Source of the DNA: Marsupella aquatica
Taxonomy: Eukaryota > Plantae > Marchantiophyta
Assembly (NCBI GenBank): GCA_973895155.1
Contig: OZ316894.1
Span: 20,528,451 to 20,592,450 of the forward strand
Length of the DNA: 64,000 bases
Direction: 5' to 3'
Shown here: one piece after another, positions 63,429 to 64,000 of the stretch
Position numbering within the stretch: position 1 is the stretch's first letter
Layout: every line of letters starts with the position of its first letter
Made by a program: the position numbers and the translations under genes
The notes under the pieces: generated by a model
Seen by the model: the letters and a program-made list of their open reading frames with translations, nothing else
Told to the model about the DNA's origin: nothing
Database searches by the model: none

Positions 63429-64000
63429 CGCCCTACCTTGCAGGCACTCACACAGCAGTGCGCACGAGAAATCCACTCAATGTGAACTTTTCACCCAAAA
63501 CATGAGCGGGAGACATGCACTGAAAAATGGGACATTAATTCAAGTTAGAGGAAATGGAGGGAACCCTTGCCATCAAATTTGGCTTGGCCATAAGGAAAAG
63601 CGGAGGATGGCTGGCCATAGCTTTTGCACAAACTTAATTATTCAAAAGGTTTATTTTTTATTTTTCAGTAACCTCTTCATTCACTTATGATCAAGACATA
63701 TATCCAATTGTTATGGCAAAAAGTGATAAATTATGACTTAGGTAGTTCATAACTTGTTCTGCCCATAAACTGTCCACCCGCCTGTCCATAACTTGTGATG
63801 TCTGTATGTAAGCAGCTTTGAGACACATTATTTGAAACTTTGAGATGCCTTATTGGTTTACATGGTTCAAGGCCATATTGGTTAGTGTCACTACTGAAAA
63901 ATATGACATTGTAAAGTGTGGCATTGGTTAGTGCCAACCTCCCTCAAAGTCTTGAGTTGGCACAAGTTGTTCAGATGGTCGGCACTAGACATTGATTGAA

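Overview
Eukaryotic, land-plant nuclear DNA, probably a bryophyte such as a liverwort (inferred from gene content and architecture only). The first ~21 kb holds three intact genes: an intronless TM9SF/EMP70 gene, a 6-exon class I glutamine amidotransferase (GAT1_2.1/PuuD-like) and a 2-exon LRR-III-type receptor-like pseudokinase, plus a CRE-like non-LTR retroelement relic and a MITE. The 24.6-49.5 kb region is a duplication hotspot. It contains a block present in three copies and two dead SDR110C-type dehydrogenase copies, one split by a full-length Ty1/copia element. It also has a ~3.7 kb inverted duplication carrying two divergently transcribed secreted acidic-repeat proteins, both with a conserved in-frame 55-codon extension after their TAG (stop-codon readthrough candidate). 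From ~50.8 kb there is an AT-rich, probably transposon-borne, multi-exon gene with a ParB/Srx-like motif, a degenerate amino-methyltransferase-like segment and an inactive FCP1-like domain. This gene is preceded and punctuated by a dense set of AACCATGGTT palindromes. All domain calls are by-eye motif recognition; no searches were run.
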